Below are positions 30,481 to 42,047 of a stretch of DNA of 64,000 nucleotides, in pieces (position 1 is the stretch's first letter; every line of letters begins with the position of its first letter). The notes beneath the pieces were generated by a model. That model was not told the DNA's origin, did no database searches, and saw nothing but the letters and a program-made list of their open reading frames with translations. The stretch is from the IMG/VR virus record IMGVR_UViG_3300032315_001390, positions 2,417 to 66,416 of that record; one strand, 5' to 3'. The stretch is from a virus. A program made the translations under genes and the position numbers.

Positions 30481-31230
30481 ATGGATGGTTACAAAGATCT
30501 TGAAACCGATTGGTTTTTGAAAAAACCTATTGATTTGGAACACAAACAATATGTTCTGAATTATTTCTTGAAAAGAGTTGAAGAAAGTTTATCACTTGGT
30601 GAGGTATATCCATTTTTCTCATTAGTTTCGTTACATTTATGTTCTTTAGGTCATTTTTCTAAAACAGGTAAAATTTTAAAAATCAAAAATAAAATATTGG
30701 AGTTTGACACCGAGATTTCAATTCACGATCTCAAAGAATATAAACCAAGAAGAAAAATGAGTGAAAGTGAATTGATTGAATTACAAAAAATAGTAAAATA
30801 TTCTCAAGAAAAATTGACCCAATATTTCACGATTTGTAAGACAATATGGCAATTTTCTTTTGAGTCAACTAGTGTAAAATTACGGAAAATCGGAAAAGAA
30901 TTTGACGATAAATTTTTATTTCTTTACAAAGACATTTATTCGAAAGAGTACACACTTTGGGAATTTGAATATCAAAAAAATAAAAAAGGAAAAAATTTGG
31001 TTATCAATAAATTATTGACCGAAAAATTAAATCACTTTGATTTGATGGATACTTTATCAGAAAGTGACCCATACAAAAATTTGTCAATAATAGAAGGTTT
31101 CTGTACTCAAAATTTACCAATTGAAAACACTCTGTTACCTTTGTTTAAAAGAAAAATTCAGATAATTTTTCAAAAAAGTTTACTTGAAAAATATGAAGAA
31201 CTAAAAAAAAATTTTGACAAATCAATCTAA
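30481..31230 (+). CDS. hypothetical protein
   Basis: 249-aa ORF. Confidence 0.45.
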   Translation: MDGYKDLETDWFLKKPIDLEHKQYVLNYFLKRVEESLSLGEVYPFFSLVSLHLCSLGHFSKTGKILKIKNKILEFDTEISIHDLKEYKPRRKMSESELIELQKIVKYSQEKLTQYFTICKTIWQFSFESTSVKLRKIGKEFDDKFLFLYKDIYSKEYTLWEFEYQKNKKGKNLVINKLLTEKLNHFDLMDTLSESDPYKNLSIIEGFCTQNLPIENTLLPLFKRKIQIIFQKSLLEKYEELKKNFDKSI

Positions 31231-31256
31231 ATTGTTTATATTTTTAAAAAAAAATA

Positions 31257-31472
31257 ATGAAAACAATTCACAACACCCTAACGGATGAAATTAAAAGATT
31301 GGATGACTCAAAGGCTGAGAACTTAGTCGGTGTATCTAATTCTAATTGGAGGTATGTACCGAAAAAAGAATGGAAAGAAAAGGTACGTGATGTAAAAAAA
31401 ACTGAACCTAAAAACCAAAAAAATGATACAGATAAAAATAACGGAAGAAGAAATAGTAAAAAATCCAAATGA
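31257..31472 (+). CDS. small basic hypothetical protein
   Basis: 71-aa K-rich ORF. Confidence 0.3.
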   Translation: MKTIHNTLTDEIKRLDDSKAENLVGVSNSNWRYVPKKEWKEKVRDVKKTEPKNQKNDTDKNNGRRNSKKSK

Positions 31473-31737
31473 TAGTGATTTGGGAGCTTTGGTGAGAGAA
31501 AGATTTTATAAAGAAAAATACAGAATGACTGAATTAAATCAGGAACTTATCAATGACAAAACCATAAAAAAAGTTTTGAATAAATTAAGACAACCTTGTC
31601 ATATAGATTTTATTTCAAACTTACTAAAAATCAACACCCTTCAAACTCGACTTTTTGTGGACTATCTTATTGACCACGATATGATTGTGGAAACACCATT
31701 AGCGTCGGGGTACTACACAACCAACAAAAAAATCTAG
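31423..31737 (+). CDS. hypothetical protein (start uncertain)
   Basis: 104-aa ORF whose 5' end overlaps the previous ORF. Confidence 0.35.
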   Translation: MIQIKITEEEIVKNPNDSDLGALVRERFYKEKYRMTELNQELINDKTIKKVLNKLRQPCHIDFISNLLKINTLQTRLFVDYLIDHDMIVETPLASGYYTTNKKI

Positions 31738-31741
31738 AAAA

Positions 31742-33019
31742 ATGAATGTAATTGGAACAGAAATTACCGCAGAATATATTTGGTTAGATGGTTACAAACC
31801 AGAACCAAACCTTAGAAGTAAGGTTAAAATATTAAAAGAATGGAAAGGTCACAGATTTACAGCTGATTTTTACCCTGAATGGTCTTTTGATGGATCATCA
31901 ACTCGACAAGCAGAAGGGCATTACTCAGACAGAGTTCTGAAACCTGTTAAGGTTTATAAAAATCCATTCCAACATGGAGACTATCATTTTTTTGTGTTGT
32001 GTGAAGTTTGGAATCCTGACGGTACACCACATGAAAGTAATGTTAGACACTTGTTACGAGACCATGATCAAATTTGGTATGGTTTCGAACAAGAATATAC
32101 CATACTCCAAGATGGTAGACCGTTAGGTTTTCCCGTCAATGGTTATCCCAAACCACAAGGTACATACTACTGTGGGGTAGGGAGTAATCAAGTTCATGGT
32201 CGTCAGTTTGTTGAAGAACACTTGAATTTGTGTTTGAAAGCAGGATTAAATATCACTGGTATTAATGCAGAAGTATTATTGGGTCAGTGGGAGTTCCAAA
32301 TTTTGGGTGAATCTTCTTTAGAAGCGGCCGATGACTTGTGGATGGCAAGGTACATACTTCAGAGACTATCCGAAAAATATCGATATAACATAGAATTTCA
32401 TCCAAAACCTGTAGAAGGAGATTGGAATGGTAGTGGATTACATTGTAATTTCTCAAACCAAAAAATGAGAACGAGTGGTGGTGAACAATATTTTAAATCA
32501 ATACTTAAGGCTTTTGAAATAAGACACGATCTACATATCGAAAATTATGGTTCTTCTAATGAACTTAGATTGACTGGTAAACATGAAACTCAGTCTATTG
32601 ATAAGTTTAGTTGGGGAGTGTCAGACAGAGGGGCATCAATAAGAGTTCCGCTCAAAACCGCATCGGAATGGAAAGGTTATTTGGAAGACAGAAGACCCGC
32701 ATCAAATGCAGATCCATATAAAATTGTAAAAGTCATTTCAGAAACATTGAGTGCGTCTGAAACAATGATTGCAACTCATAAACTAATGTATGACGATGTA
32801 AATATAAATAATTTAAAGAATAAGTATTCAACACTATCAAATGATGATCTATTGTCTGAATATAAAAAGGATAATGAAACCGAAAGTCTTGAATATGATA
32901 CCTGTGGGATTTGTGGTATCAAAACTAGACAACTTAAATCGGCACACATTGATACTCGTATAGGTTATGTTGAGGGAGCAGGACAAGGTTGTGATGGATC
33001 ATGTGGGACTTTTAAATAA
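31742..33019 (+). CDS. glnA: glutamine synthetase type II (eukaryote-like GSII) with an unusual Cys-rich C-terminal extension
   Basis: AEYIWLDG N-terminus; TYYCGVGSNQVHGRQFVEEH...GINAEVLLGQWEFQILG (GSII catalytic signatures); an extra about 80-aa tail carries CGICG...GQGCDGSCG. Confidence 0.85.
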   Translation: MNVIGTEITAEYIWLDGYKPEPNLRSKVKILKEWKGHRFTADFYPEWSFDGSSTRQAEGHYSDRVLKPVKVYKNPFQHGDYHFFVLCEVWNPDGTPHESNVRHLLRDHDQIWYGFEQEYTILQDGRPLGFPVNGYPKPQGTYYCGVGSNQVHGRQFVEEHLNLCLKAGLNITGINAEVLLGQWEFQILGESSLEAADDLWMARYILQRLSEKYRYNIEFHPKPVEGDWNGSGLHCNFSNQKMRTSGGEQYFKSILKAFEIRHDLHIENYGSSNELRLTGKHETQSIDKFSWGVSDRGASIRVPLKTASEWKGYLEDRRPASNADPYKIVKVISETLSASETMIATHKLMYDDVNINNLKNKYSTLSNDDLLSEYKKDNETESLEYDTCGICGIKTRQLKSAHIDTRIGYVEGAGQGCDGSCGTFK

Positions 33020-33026
33020 AATCACT

Positions 33027-33260
33027 ATGGAAAAAAATGAAATGGTAAACCATCCCTCTCACTACGGAGGGATTGACAATCCTTATGAGGCAATTAAAGT
33101 AATCGAAGCTTGGGATTTGGACTTCCATCTTGGAAATACGGTCAAGTATATCTCAAGAGCTGGAAAGAAAAATGTAGACAAAGAACTTGAGGATCTCTTG
33201 AAAGCTAAATGGTATTTGGATAGGAAAATAGAAAAAATTAGAAATCAATTTGATAATTAA
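33027..33260 (+). CDS. DUF3310-like phage protein (HPSHY motif)
   Basis: NHPSHYGG...IEAWDL..GNTVKYISRAG.K; ATG at 33027 just after the GS stop. Confidence 0.45.
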   Translation: MEKNEMVNHPSHYGGIDNPYEAIKVIEAWDLDFHLGNTVKYISRAGKKNVDKELEDLLKAKWYLDRKIEKIRNQFDN

Positions 33261-34375
33261 TTACAGTTACCATCAACTTGTAAAAGATAGGCGGCATCAT
33301 TTTGGTAAAAATCTGAAAACCCTCTATACGAAGTAATATAAACCACAGTTGGAGACTGAAGTGGTTTGTCAAATCGCAATTTTATTGGGCTAGAGCTAGA
33401 AGGTGATGATCCACTTGGGTAGTCGGATACTACACCTATTTGACCAGGACTACCGTATGTAGGTACAACAGATCCCCATGGAAAGTTGTCAGCAGATCCC
33501 CATATGTCATTTCTATCACGACTTCTCAATGCTAAAAACCCTTCGTTGTCGATTTCATTTTGTGTAAAACCACTCGTAAGACATGGTATGCCATAAGGAT
33601 ATAAACTATTTTTTTCACTAGTAGGAACCCATGTCCAAATATTATTCCCATTACAGTCATAGTAACAATTTGAATACACTGGATTTCCTATCGGGTTATT
33701 AAATGATTGGTTTCTCCAATATTGTTTTACTCTATCGCCATATTCTGTGCCAGGTCTTAAACCATTTCCGATAAAAAGTGAGTCACAAACTTTAGTTATA
33801 CCTGCTTGACCACCCATGGTACCATCGTATTGCCACCAAATTTGAAATCTGTTTGGCCGCCAACCAACTGAAAAAGTGAAGTCTATATCACCTGTATTTG
33901 TTCCAATATCCAATGCGATACTTGATACCATAATAGAACTATCTTGTCGTAAAACTTCGATAGGATTGTTCCAATTCCAACATGAAGATGGTTGACAAAC
34001 ATTTGTTAAAATGTTTTGATTGTAAGGTGACGGTGTAATCCCTAAACAAGGTTTACAAGTTGTGTCAGTTCCACATGGAAATACATTTGCACAAGTGCTA
34101 CATTGATTTCCTCCTGAAAACATAAAGTTATTATCTACAGACCACGCATTTGAATCAAATGTTACTAAAGTCGGAGTTGTAGAAATTCTGTAACAATTTT
34201 TAATACCCCTCCTATTTATTGGTGTGTTTGTATTTCCTGTCCAAACAAGGACCATTGAACTGTATGGTGGAGAGGTAAGATCTATGTCACAAGAAAAATT
34301 CAGTGGAATTTTCTCATAAGTTTCTTGTGATGGACAACATGCTTGTAAATCACACAAATAGGTAATACAGCTCAT
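33257..34375 (-). CDS. Cys-rich secreted or structural protein (downstream partner of the 2046-aa giant gene)
   Basis: 372-aa ORF with an N-terminal half rich in Cys, G/N/W-rich; co-directional with and 24 nt after 34399..40539. Confidence 0.55.
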   Translation of the reverse strand: MSCITYLCDLQACCPSQETYEKIPLNFSCDIDLTSPPYSSMVLVWTGNTNTPINRRGIKNCYRISTTPTLVTFDSNAWSVDNNFMFSGGNQCSTCANVFPCGTDTTCKPCLGITPSPYNQNILTNVCQPSSCWNWNNPIEVLRQDSSIMVSSIALDIGTNTGDIDFTFSVGWRPNRFQIWWQYDGTMGGQAGITKVCDSLFIGNGLRPGTEYGDRVKQYWRNQSFNNPIGNPVYSNCYYDCNGNNIWTWVPTSEKNSLYPYGIPCLTSGFTQNEIDNEGFLALRSRDRNDIWGSADNFPWGSVVPTYGSPGQIGVVSDYPSGSSPSSSSPIKLRFDKPLQSPTVVYITSYRGFSDFYQNDAAYLLQVDGNCN

Positions 34376-34398
34376 ATGTAATAATTATCGTGTTTATG

Positions 34399-37300
34399 CT
34401 ATCTTTTAAAAAATTTAACGTTGTAAGTGTTTCCAACAACTAAGTCGAAATTGTTCGAAGTGAGACAATTAGAATTTGTTGGGGTTATTTGTAAAATATA
34501 ACTCCCCGATATTCCATTTACTGTAACGGCAATAATTGAAAATTCTCTCATTTTAGATGTTGATGGATCAGAAACACTGAGTAAATCTCCGTTCGACAAA
34601 GAACTTAGAAGTGTTACTGGCCCTGTAATTGAATTTGGGTTAAGTATTAACCTTGCAATTGAACACGAGGAATAAATTGTAACGTTACTTGAATTTCTAG
34701 CATTAAATTCCCCGTTGGTTAAAAATGCAGCGGATTTTGTTGTAAAACTCCAAGAATAAATTGGGAAAGGTGTTGGTGTTGGTGTGGGAGTTGTTGTTGG
34801 TGAAGGTGTTGGATTTAAACAAACATTACATCCTGTGGTTGTGTATCCGGTTATGAAACCATTGTTGTCGGGATATGTGTAATTCTTCAAAATTTGACTT
34901 GTGTCAATTCCTTGAATTATAGTGGGAGGTATAAATACATCTAAATACAAACAACAATCTGTCAGACCTAAATTATCAACGGTGTAATTGTTTTCTACCC
35001 AACTATAGTTGTCATTCATTATTGTGCCTGTGTATACGATGTTTCCAGTACAACAATCTCTTAATACTACACAACTCTCACTAGCGAACCCGATATTGCT
35101 ACAACCACAAGATTGACCTATATCAATTGGAATATTCAAGTAATTTGATACTAGTCCGAATATTGGGTCATTAGGATTATTGACAGTTCCCCACTCATTT
35201 ACTAGAAAACCTATTGGATCTGTTCCTAATGAATATGGTATATTGAGAGGATAAGTAGTTGTAAAATTTGCACAATTGTTAAATGTAAATTGTTCTGTAT
35301 AAAAGGCCCACCATTCAAAAGGGTTTACGGTACAAGCTGTATATGCTGGTAAAAAGTTTATAGTAGTATTTGCGGAGTTTTGTGTAATAGAAATTGTAGT
35401 AAGTGTCGGGAAATTATTACCACCACATGTTGGAATTTCCCATAACTCTGTTAGACCTTGTTGTATTAAATCTGTTGATGTGGCAATGGTAACACACTCA
35501 AAGCCAGAAGCACATCCATAATAACACCCACAATTGTTATTGTTGTTCAAAATTAATAATCTCTGATAGACGTTATTATTTGGTGAACCTGAAATAAACA
35601 ACGGACCTCGATAACTACAAATTGAAAAAGAACTTGGATCCCAACTTGAATCTACATTCATTACAAAATTATTTCTATCACAATCAGTGTAAGTAAATGT
35701 GACCGATTCTCCTAGGTTCAAATTATTAGTAAATTCCCAAGTCGAACAAATCCCGACAGTCATTGGAATTTGTGGAATTGGGTTTGTACAAATTGTTTTT
35801 AATGTTGGTTCTGTTTCGACATAAGGACCACCAGAAGAATCAATGATTAGAGGAATTGTTAAACTACAAATAAAATAAGTATCTGAATATAATGGAAGTA
35901 TAGGATAATTTGTTACACCACTTTGGTCACAAGGATTGTAGACCATATTTTCAATAATTGCTAAATTTGGAACCACAACTTCCCAAGTGAAACATAAACG
36001 TTCAATACAATTATTTGATATTAAAACTGCACATGCAATGTCTTCACAATTAGAATCGAATGGGAAAATAGGTGGAGTACATGAACAAACAGTGAATTTA
36101 GTTTTTGGAAAATAGTGTGTTGTATACCCAAAATCTGTTGGAGATTTCCGTCTTTCAATATCATAGCAATCAGTATATTCTATCCAATCGATACAACCTT
36201 GAATTGTAGAACTTGAACTATTTGGTTGTACTGTGACTAAATATTCGGAACAGGGACAGAGAGGACAAGAACCTGTATTGACAATCGGAACGCAACTTTG
36301 AGAACATATCGGGTTTGATTGACATGCATCACAATATGCAACAGGTTGAGTTTTAGAACAAATAACAATAATTTGATCTGTTGTAAAATACTTATTCTCT
36401 ACAAATGTTGCTACTCCGTTAAAACCAGGCAATGGTCCAGAATTGTTTATATCTATATTTTGATAATTTCCATCACAATCAACATATTGAATCTGATATA
36501 CTGAATTATTAACAATATTTAATGTATATTGAATACAAGGGGCTTCCGTTGTACTTGGACTAGGAGTAAGAGTTGTGGTTGGTGTTTGTGTTACAGTTTG
36601 GGTTGGAGTTATAGTAGGTGTGGTTGTTTGTGTAGGGGTTATTGTAGAAGTTGGGGTTGAAGTTAGTGTTGGTGACGCAGTATTTGTTGGTGTATTGGTC
36701 GGTGTTTTAGTTAAGGTACTTGTTGGTGTTTGAGTGTTTGTTGGTGTTTGAGTGTTTGTAGGAGTATTGGTTGGGGTTTGGCTGGTTGTAGGAGTATTGG
36801 TTGGGGTCGGAGACACCGTAGGAGGTGGAGTTGAACCTGGACTACGGGTTGGTGTTGGTGTTACAGTATTTGTTGGAGTGTTTGTTGGTGTTCGAGAAGT
36901 TGTTGGAGTGTTTGTTGGTGTTCGAGAAGTTGTTGACGTAGGAGTTTGAGTTGGGGTGGAAGTTCGTGTTGGAGTATTTGTTGGTGTAGTTGTTGGAGTA
37001 GATGTAGTTGTCGATGTAGGTGTTGTTGTTTGTGTCGGTGTTGGCGTCTTTGTGGGAGTAGAAGTTACTAGGGGTGTTGGATTACAAAGATTACCACATT
37101 GTAGTTGTTCAGCAATAGTTGCGGCAACACCTGATGAAGTAGAAACAGTTCCTTGTCGAGCACAAATGTATTTCGTTTCACCTACGACCATACTGAAGAC
37201 AGTTACCAATCCAGCACATTGATTATATTGAATTTCACAACCTCCATTTGCGACAACACTATATTGGAAACAAGGAGGACAAGTTGGTGTAACTGTGGTG

Positions 37301-40300
37301 GTCGGTGTTATAGTATTTGTCGGGGTTGTTGTAGGTGTTTGAGTATTTGTTGGTGTTTGACTATTAGTAGGAGTCTGTGTGCGTGTTGGGGTCTGAGTAT
37401 TTGTAGGAGTTTGTGTAGTTGTCGGAGTATTTGTAGGTGTTTGTGTATTTGTTGGAGTGTTTGTTGGAGTTGGTGACTCGGTTGGAGGTGGTGTTGCACC
37501 TGGACTACGAGTTGGTGTAGGTGTTACAGTATTTGACGGAGTGGTTGTTGGTGTTACAGTATTGGTTGGAGTAGTTGTTGGGGTCTGAGAAGTTGTTGGA
37601 GTAGTTGTTGATGTTGATGTTACAGTATTTGTTGGTGTATTGGTCGGAGTTAGAGTTGAGGTACTTGTTGGTGTTTGAGAAGTTGTTGACGTGGGACTTT
37701 GAGTTGGTGTAGATGTTGGTGTGGAAGTAGTAGTCTTAGTTGGTGTTTGGGTTGCCGTAGGTGTTGGATTTGGTACACAATTTTCATAATCCAATCTTAT
37801 ACCTTTACAATTGCTACTAACACCAACAAAATTGAAAATTGAAGAACATGCACAAACACTAATACTGTATCCTAAAGGAAAATACTGAAAACCAGGTGGT
37901 GGTAAAATTTGATTTAAAACATTATTACAATCAGTATATTGAATTTCAGTACACCAATTACAACCAGTACGATCTAATATTTCCACATTCCATGTTTTAC
38001 ATGCACATCTTGTAACAGATGGTGTTGGAGTAAATGTTGGAGTACAAGTCGGAGTTTTGGTATTTGATGAGGTGTTAGTTGGTGTGATGGTATTAGTTGG
38101 TGTTTGACTCTGAGTTGCGGTTCTCGTTGGTGTAATTGTTGAGGTACTTGTCGGTGTGACACTAGGAGTTTGAGTTGGAGTTACTGTTGGGGTTGAGGTG
38201 TTTGTTGGTGTTTGGGTGTTTGTTGGAGTCGTTGTTGGAGTTTGAGTTAAACTACTCGTTGGTGTTTGGGTACTAGTTGGGGTTATGGTGCTTGTTGGAG
38301 TTGTAGTTGGTGTTTGAGTATTTGTAGGTGTTTGAGTATTTGTAGGTGTTTGTGTGTTTGTAGGGGTTTGAGTATTTGTAGGTGTTTGAGTGTTTGTTGG
38401 AGTGTTTGTTGGAGTTGGTGACTCGGTTGGAGGGGGTGTTGCTCCCAAACTACGACTTTGTGTAGGAGTTACAGTATTTGTTGGAGTAACCGAAGGAGTT
38501 ACAGTATTAGTAGGGGTATTAGTTGAAGTTACAGTATTTGTTGGAGTAATTGTTGGTGTTGGTGAACTAGTATTTGTAGGTGTATTGGTGGGTGTTTGTG
38601 TTGAGGTAGGAGTTATTGTATTTGTTGGTGAAAATGAAGGTGTTGGGGTATTAGTAACAGATTGTGTTGGTGTTACAGTTTGAGTGTTTGTTGGGGTTAT
38701 GGATGGTGTAACCGTTTGAGATGGAGTTACAGTAGATGTAACTGTAGGTGTTGGAGTATTAGTTGGGGTTTTAGTCGGTGTTGCCGAGGGACAAGGATCA
38801 CAAGAATCACATATGTTTGGGGTCACACTAGAAATCTGAGTATTGAAATCTAAATCAATAACTCTGTCTCCAATTACATAACATTGAGAATTATACTCCA
38901 AACCGTCTCCAAAAACTATATTAATACTAGATGGAATAGAAACTATGATAGAATCTCCATAAATTTCACAACAATTTTGAGCGACATACAAATTATAAAC
39001 AGTCGTTGGAGTTACCGTTGGTGTAGGTGTCAGAGTTGGAGTAGGTGTTTGAGTTTGAGTCGGTGTTAGAGACGGAAAAGGAACACAACCAGAAGAATAA
39101 AGTGTAACATTACCAGCAGGAGCGGAACAACTTTGTCTAACAAATGCTGGAACGTTACATGAACACACATAGTATACCCAACCTAGTGGGAAAAATTGTG
39201 TAAAACCAAAATCAGATGGTAAATAATCTGAAGTTATACCATTACAATTCCTATATCGTACAGATACAACACAATTTGCTTTGGTTACTTCTAAATAATA
39301 CGTGTTACAAGTACATGGTGATGTTGTCGGTGTTTGTGAAGGAGTTAATGTTGGTGATACAGTATTTGTCGGTGTTTCAGTAGAAGTTGGTGTATTTGTA
39401 GGTGTTTGTGTATTTGTAGGTGTTGGTGTTTCAGTAGAAGTTGGTGTAATTGTGGGTGTTTGTGTATTTGTAGGTGTTGGTGTTTCAGTTGGTGTAGGTG
39501 TTTGGGTAGTTGTAGGTGTTTGAGTGTTTGTTGGAGTGTTGGTTGGGGTTGGTGAATTTGTTTCTGGTGGTGTTGATCCTGGACTACGAGTTGGCGAAGG
39601 AGTTACAGTATTAGTTGGGGTAATCGAAGGAGTTACACTATTCGTTGGAGTAACTGTAGAAGTTACAGTGTTTGTTGGAGTTTTTGTTGTTGTTGATGAT
39701 ACAGTATTTGTTGGTGTATTGGTTGGTGTTTGGGTTAAGGTCGGAGTTACTGTATTTGTTGGTGAAAGTGAAGGTGTTTGGGAATTAGTTAAAGATTGTG
39801 TGGGAGTTACAGTTTTAGTGTTTGTTGGTGTTTGGGTTGGTGTTGGTGTTTGAGTTGGTGTATTGGTTGGAGTTTGAGTTTGTGTTTTAGTTTGTGTTGG
39901 TGTTCTTGTTGGAGTTCTAGTTGCTGATGGTGTCGGGTCTGGACATGGTGAACCAATACTCAACGAACATATATTAGAGATTACTGAATTAACCTGAAAA
40001 TTTACTGTTGTAAGGTCAGTAGGTTCAATAATGTAATATCTTTGACTTGAAAATAAAACACCATCAGTACCAAACTGAATTGTAATTGAACTAGGAACAC
40101 TCAAAACAATTGTACTTGTTACATTAGAACAACAATTTTCAGCTAAGTAATTAGTATATTGGATACTTGGTGTTTGCGTTGGAGTTTGAGTATTTGTTGG
40201 AGTAATGGTTGGAGTTATAGTCGGTGTGGCAGTATTTGTTTGAGTAACCGATGCGGTTAAACTAACAGTTGGTGTTACACTTGGTGTTGGTGGTGGTAGT

Positions 40301-40539
40301 TCATTAGTAAAACAATTTGTTTCTAAAAAAGTTATATTTTCAAACGGTGTATTAAAATATCCGTTTTCGTACCAAATAGTTAAAACTTCACCAGGACTTA
40401 TTTGATTTCCTGTAGATATGAAATCCTCATTACAGTATCTGTAATTAAAAGTGGCAATTACTGGACCATCATTCCGAATAATAGATTTTAAACAACTACA
40501 ACTCACACTTTTTTTATTATAATTATCTGTCAAGTTCAA
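34399..40539 (-). CDS. giant (2046 aa) Cys-rich modular protein with multiple long P/T/S/N/Q linkers (putative virion fibre, adhesin or host-recognition protein)
   Basis: Single uninterrupted ORF; at least 5 Cys-rich modules ([10 protein letters not shown]...[14 protein letters not shown]...CACS, CFQYSVV...[19 protein letters not shown]...CSCT) separated by linkers such as [27 protein letters not shown] repeated four times; no ATG at the 5' end (TTG start at 40539). Confidence 0.7.
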   Translation of the reverse strand: MNLTDNYNKKSVSCSCLKSIIRNDGPVIATFNYRYCNEDFISTGNQISPGEVLTIWYENGYFNTPFENITFLETNCFTNELPPPTPSVTPTVSLTASVTQTNTATPTITPTITPTNTQTPTQTPSIQYTNYLAENCCSNVTSTIVLSVPSSITIQFGTDGVLFSSQRYYIIEPTDLTTVNFQVNSVISNICSLSIGSPCPDPTPSATRTPTRTPTQTKTQTQTPTNTPTQTPTPTQTPTNTKTVTPTQSLTNSQTPSLSPTNTVTPTLTQTPTNTPTNTVSSTTTKTPTNTVTSTVTPTNSVTPSITPTNTVTPSPTRSPGSTPPETNSPTPTNTPTNTQTPTTTQTPTPTETPTPTNTQTPTITPTSTETPTPTNTQTPTNTPTSTETPTNTVSPTLTPSQTPTTSPCTCNTYYLEVTKANCVVSVRYRNCNGITSDYLPSDFGFTQFFPLGWVYYVCSCNVPAFVRQSCSAPAGNVTLYSSGCVPFPSLTPTQTQTPTPTLTPTPTVTPTTVYNLYVAQNCCEIYGDSIIVSIPSSINIVFGDGLEYNSQCYVIGDRVIDLDFNTQISSVTPNICDSCDPCPSATPTKTPTNTPTPTVTSTVTPSQTVTPSITPTNTQTVTPTQSVTNTPTPSFSPTNTITPTSTQTPTNTPTNTSSPTPTITPTNTVTSTNTPTNTVTPSVTPTNTVTPTQSRSLGATPPPTESPTPTNTPTNTQTPTNTQTPTNTQTPTNTQTPTNTQTPTTTPTSTITPTSTQTPTSSLTQTPTTTPTNTQTPTNTSTPTVTPTQTPSVTPTSTSTITPTRTATQSQTPTNTITPTNTSSNTKTPTCTPTFTPTPSVTRCACKTWNVEILDRTGCNWCTEIQYTDCNNVLNQILPPPGFQYFPLGYSISVCACSSIFNFVGVSSNCKGIRLDYENCVPNPTPTATQTPTKTTTSTPTSTPTQSPTSTTSQTPTSTSTLTPTNTPTNTVTSTSTTTPTTSQTPTTTPTNTVTPTTTPSNTVTPTPTRSPGATPPPTESPTPTNTPTNTQTPTNTPTTTQTPTNTQTPTRTQTPTNSQTPTNTQTPTTTPTNTITPTTTVTPTCPPCFQYSVVANGGCEIQYNQCAGLVTVFSMVVGETKYICARQGTVSTSSGVAATIAEQLQCGNLCNPTPLVTSTPTKTPTPTQTTTPTSTTTSTPTTTPTNTPTRTSTPTQTPTSTTSRTPTNTPTTSRTPTNTPTNTVTPTPTRSPGSTPPPTVSPTPTNTPTTSQTPTNTPTNTQTPTNTQTPTSTLTKTPTNTPTNTASPTLTSTPTSTITPTQTTTPTITPTQTVTQTPTTTLTPSPSTTEAPCIQYTLNIVNNSVYQIQYVDCDGNYQNIDINNSGPLPGFNGVATFVENKYFTTDQIIVICSKTQPVAYCDACQSNPICSQSCVPIVNTGSCPLCPCSEYLVTVQPNSSSSTIQGCIDWIEYTDCYDIERRKSPTDFGYTTHYFPKTKFTVCSCTPPIFPFDSNCEDIACAVLISNNCIERLCFTWEVVVPNLAIIENMVYNPCDQSGVTNYPILPLYSDTYFICSLTIPLIIDSSGGPYVETEPTLKTICTNPIPQIPMTVGICSTWEFTNNLNLGESVTFTYTDCDRNNFVMNVDSSWDPSSFSICSYRGPLFISGSPNNNVYQRLLILNNNNNCGCYYGCASGFECVTIATSTDLIQQGLTELWEIPTCGGNNFPTLTTISITQNSANTTINFLPAYTACTVNPFEWWAFYTEQFTFNNCANFTTTYPLNIPYSLGTDPIGFLVNEWGTVNNPNDPIFGLVSNYLNIPIDIGQSCGCSNIGFASESCVVLRDCCTGNIVYTGTIMNDNYSWVENNYTVDNLGLTDCCLYLDVFIPPTIIQGIDTSQILKNYTYPDNNGFITGYTTTGCNVCLNPTPSPTTTPTPTPTPFPIYSWSFTTKSAAFLTNGEFNARNSSNVTIYSSCSIARLILNPNSITGPVTLLSSLSNGDLLSVSDPSTSKMREFSIIAVTVNGISGSYILQITPTNSNCLTSNNFDLVVGNTYNVKFFKR

Positions 40540-40577
40540 TATTTTTAAATAACAAAATATTTATAAAACAAAAAAAT

Positions 40578-41660
40578 ATGAATATATTAATCAACGAAAA
40601 TCAATATAAACTTCTTCAAACAAGTTTAATTGAAAACAATAAGATTATAAACGAAGCTGAATGGTATAACACCTTAGGTGATATACTCGGTATATTCGAT
40701 CCAACAGGAGTTGTTGATTTCGTTAATGGAATTTCTTATATGAAACAGGGGGACACTGTTTTTGGAATACTTTCGATGATTTCAGTAATTCCATATATTG
40801 GTGACTTAGCTGCGAAACCATTATTACTTTTTGGTAAATCAGGTAGAATAATAAAAAATGCTGAAGTTGCACTTAAAATGAGTAAAGCCGGCAATGTGGC
40901 TGGTGCTACCAAAATTATTCAGGATTTGGCTAAATCCAATAAAACTTGGGGTAAGTTGACGAACACAGTTAGAAGTTGGGGACCAACATTAATCCAAAAA
41001 ATAGATAATTTACCTACAGGGTTTTTGACTAAAGGTATTAGAAATACTATCACAGATTGGATTAAATTATTATCAAATGCGAATCAAGGATCAAGAGCTG
41101 CCTCTAGATTAGCTCGTAGAGTATCAGGTAAATTGGCTAAAGGTGGAAAATTAACTCCACAACAAGCTACTGATATTTTGAATCAAATGAAAAAATTAGC
41201 ACAAAAAGATCATAGATTATTCAGTGATTTGGGAGGAAAGCCAAAATTTGGAATGTTTAGTGATCCCAAACAATATGGAAAATGGTCGTGGGAATCTTTC
41301 AAAAATTATCCGTTTAGTGGTGGCATTGGTAGATTTTGGGGAAATAGACAAGTTAGAGGTTTGATGCGTAATACTAAATGGTGGTTAGGATTCCTTGATT
41401 GGGCGGGTTTAGCGAATTTCGTAGGACCTGATGAATTAGAATCACAGATGGGTGATTATACAAATGATTTGAATCAATATTCACAGACACCCGAAGCTCA
41501 AAGTTATTGGAATGATGATTTTGGTCAAACTCAACCTCAAACTAGTGCAACATCAACACCTAATACTCCATCTACACCGCAAAATCAATCACAAGACCTT
41601 CTCACTCAAATTTTATTTGGTGGAATTCCTGGTGTAAAACCTGGTGTTCCAGGTATTTAA
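40578..41660 (+). CDS. hypothetical protein (G/K-rich; divergent from the giant gene)
   Basis: 360-aa ORF. Confidence 0.5.
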   Translation: MNILINENQYKLLQTSLIENNKIINEAEWYNTLGDILGIFDPTGVVDFVNGISYMKQGDTVFGILSMISVIPYIGDLAAKPLLLFGKSGRIIKNAEVALKMSKAGNVAGATKIIQDLAKSNKTWGKLTNTVRSWGPTLIQKIDNLPTGFLTKGIRNTITDWIKLLSNANQGSRAASRLARRVSGKLAKGGKLTPQQATDILNQMKKLAQKDHRLFSDLGGKPKFGMFSDPKQYGKWSWESFKNYPFSGGIGRFWGNRQVRGLMRNTKWWLGFLDWAGLANFVGPDELESQMGDYTNDLNQYSQTPEAQSYWNDDFGQTQPQTSATSTPNTPSTPQNQSQDLLTQILFGGIPGVKPGVPGI

Positions 41661-41678
41661 TAATTAAAATGTAATAAA

Positions 41679-42047
41679 ATGAAAAACGAAGTAATACAAA
41701 ACTTGTTAATGGCGCAAAATCAAATGAAGATTTTTCATTGGCAAACAGATTCTTATGCTCAACATCAAGCATTTGGTTCAATTTATGACGCATTAACAGA
41801 TTTGATCGATACATTTGTGGAGGTGTGTATGGGTAAACATGGTCGACCACAATTTGATCAAGGATTAAATTTACCTTTACTAGATCTCACAAGTGTGGAT
41901 GTGATGGAATATGTTGATTCAGTTGTTCAATTTTTAATTTCCCTTACAAATGTATATGATCCTAGTTCTGATAGTGATCTATTGAATATTAGAGATGAAA
42001 TATTAGCAGAATTCAATAAGTTAAAATATTTACTGACTCTGAATTGA
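41679..42047 (+). CDS. hypothetical protein, weak Dps/ferritin-like 4-helix resemblance
   Basis: KIFHWQTDSYAQHQAFGSIYDALTDLIDTFVE resembles the Dps N-terminal H..HW...F...FEE.Y.E...LID region; but at 122 aa it is shorter than Dps. Confidence 0.25.
   Translation: MKNEVIQNLLMAQNQMKIFHWQTDSYAQHQAFGSIYDALTDLIDTFVEVCMGKHGRPQFDQGLNLPLLDLTSVDVMEYVDSVVQFLISLTNVYDPSSDSDLLNIRDEILAEFNKLKYLLTLN

Noticed and set aside
36752-39853. Many + strand ORFs (36752..36949, 36956..37222, 37153..37476, 38390..38683, 39302..39523, 39524..39853 etc.) full of GVGV/FVGV or CRC repeats, and 4446..4655 (-) in the other giant gene
   Set aside because: Antisense or alternative-frame artefacts of the repetitive linker-encoding DNA of the 2046-aa and 1301-aa genes.
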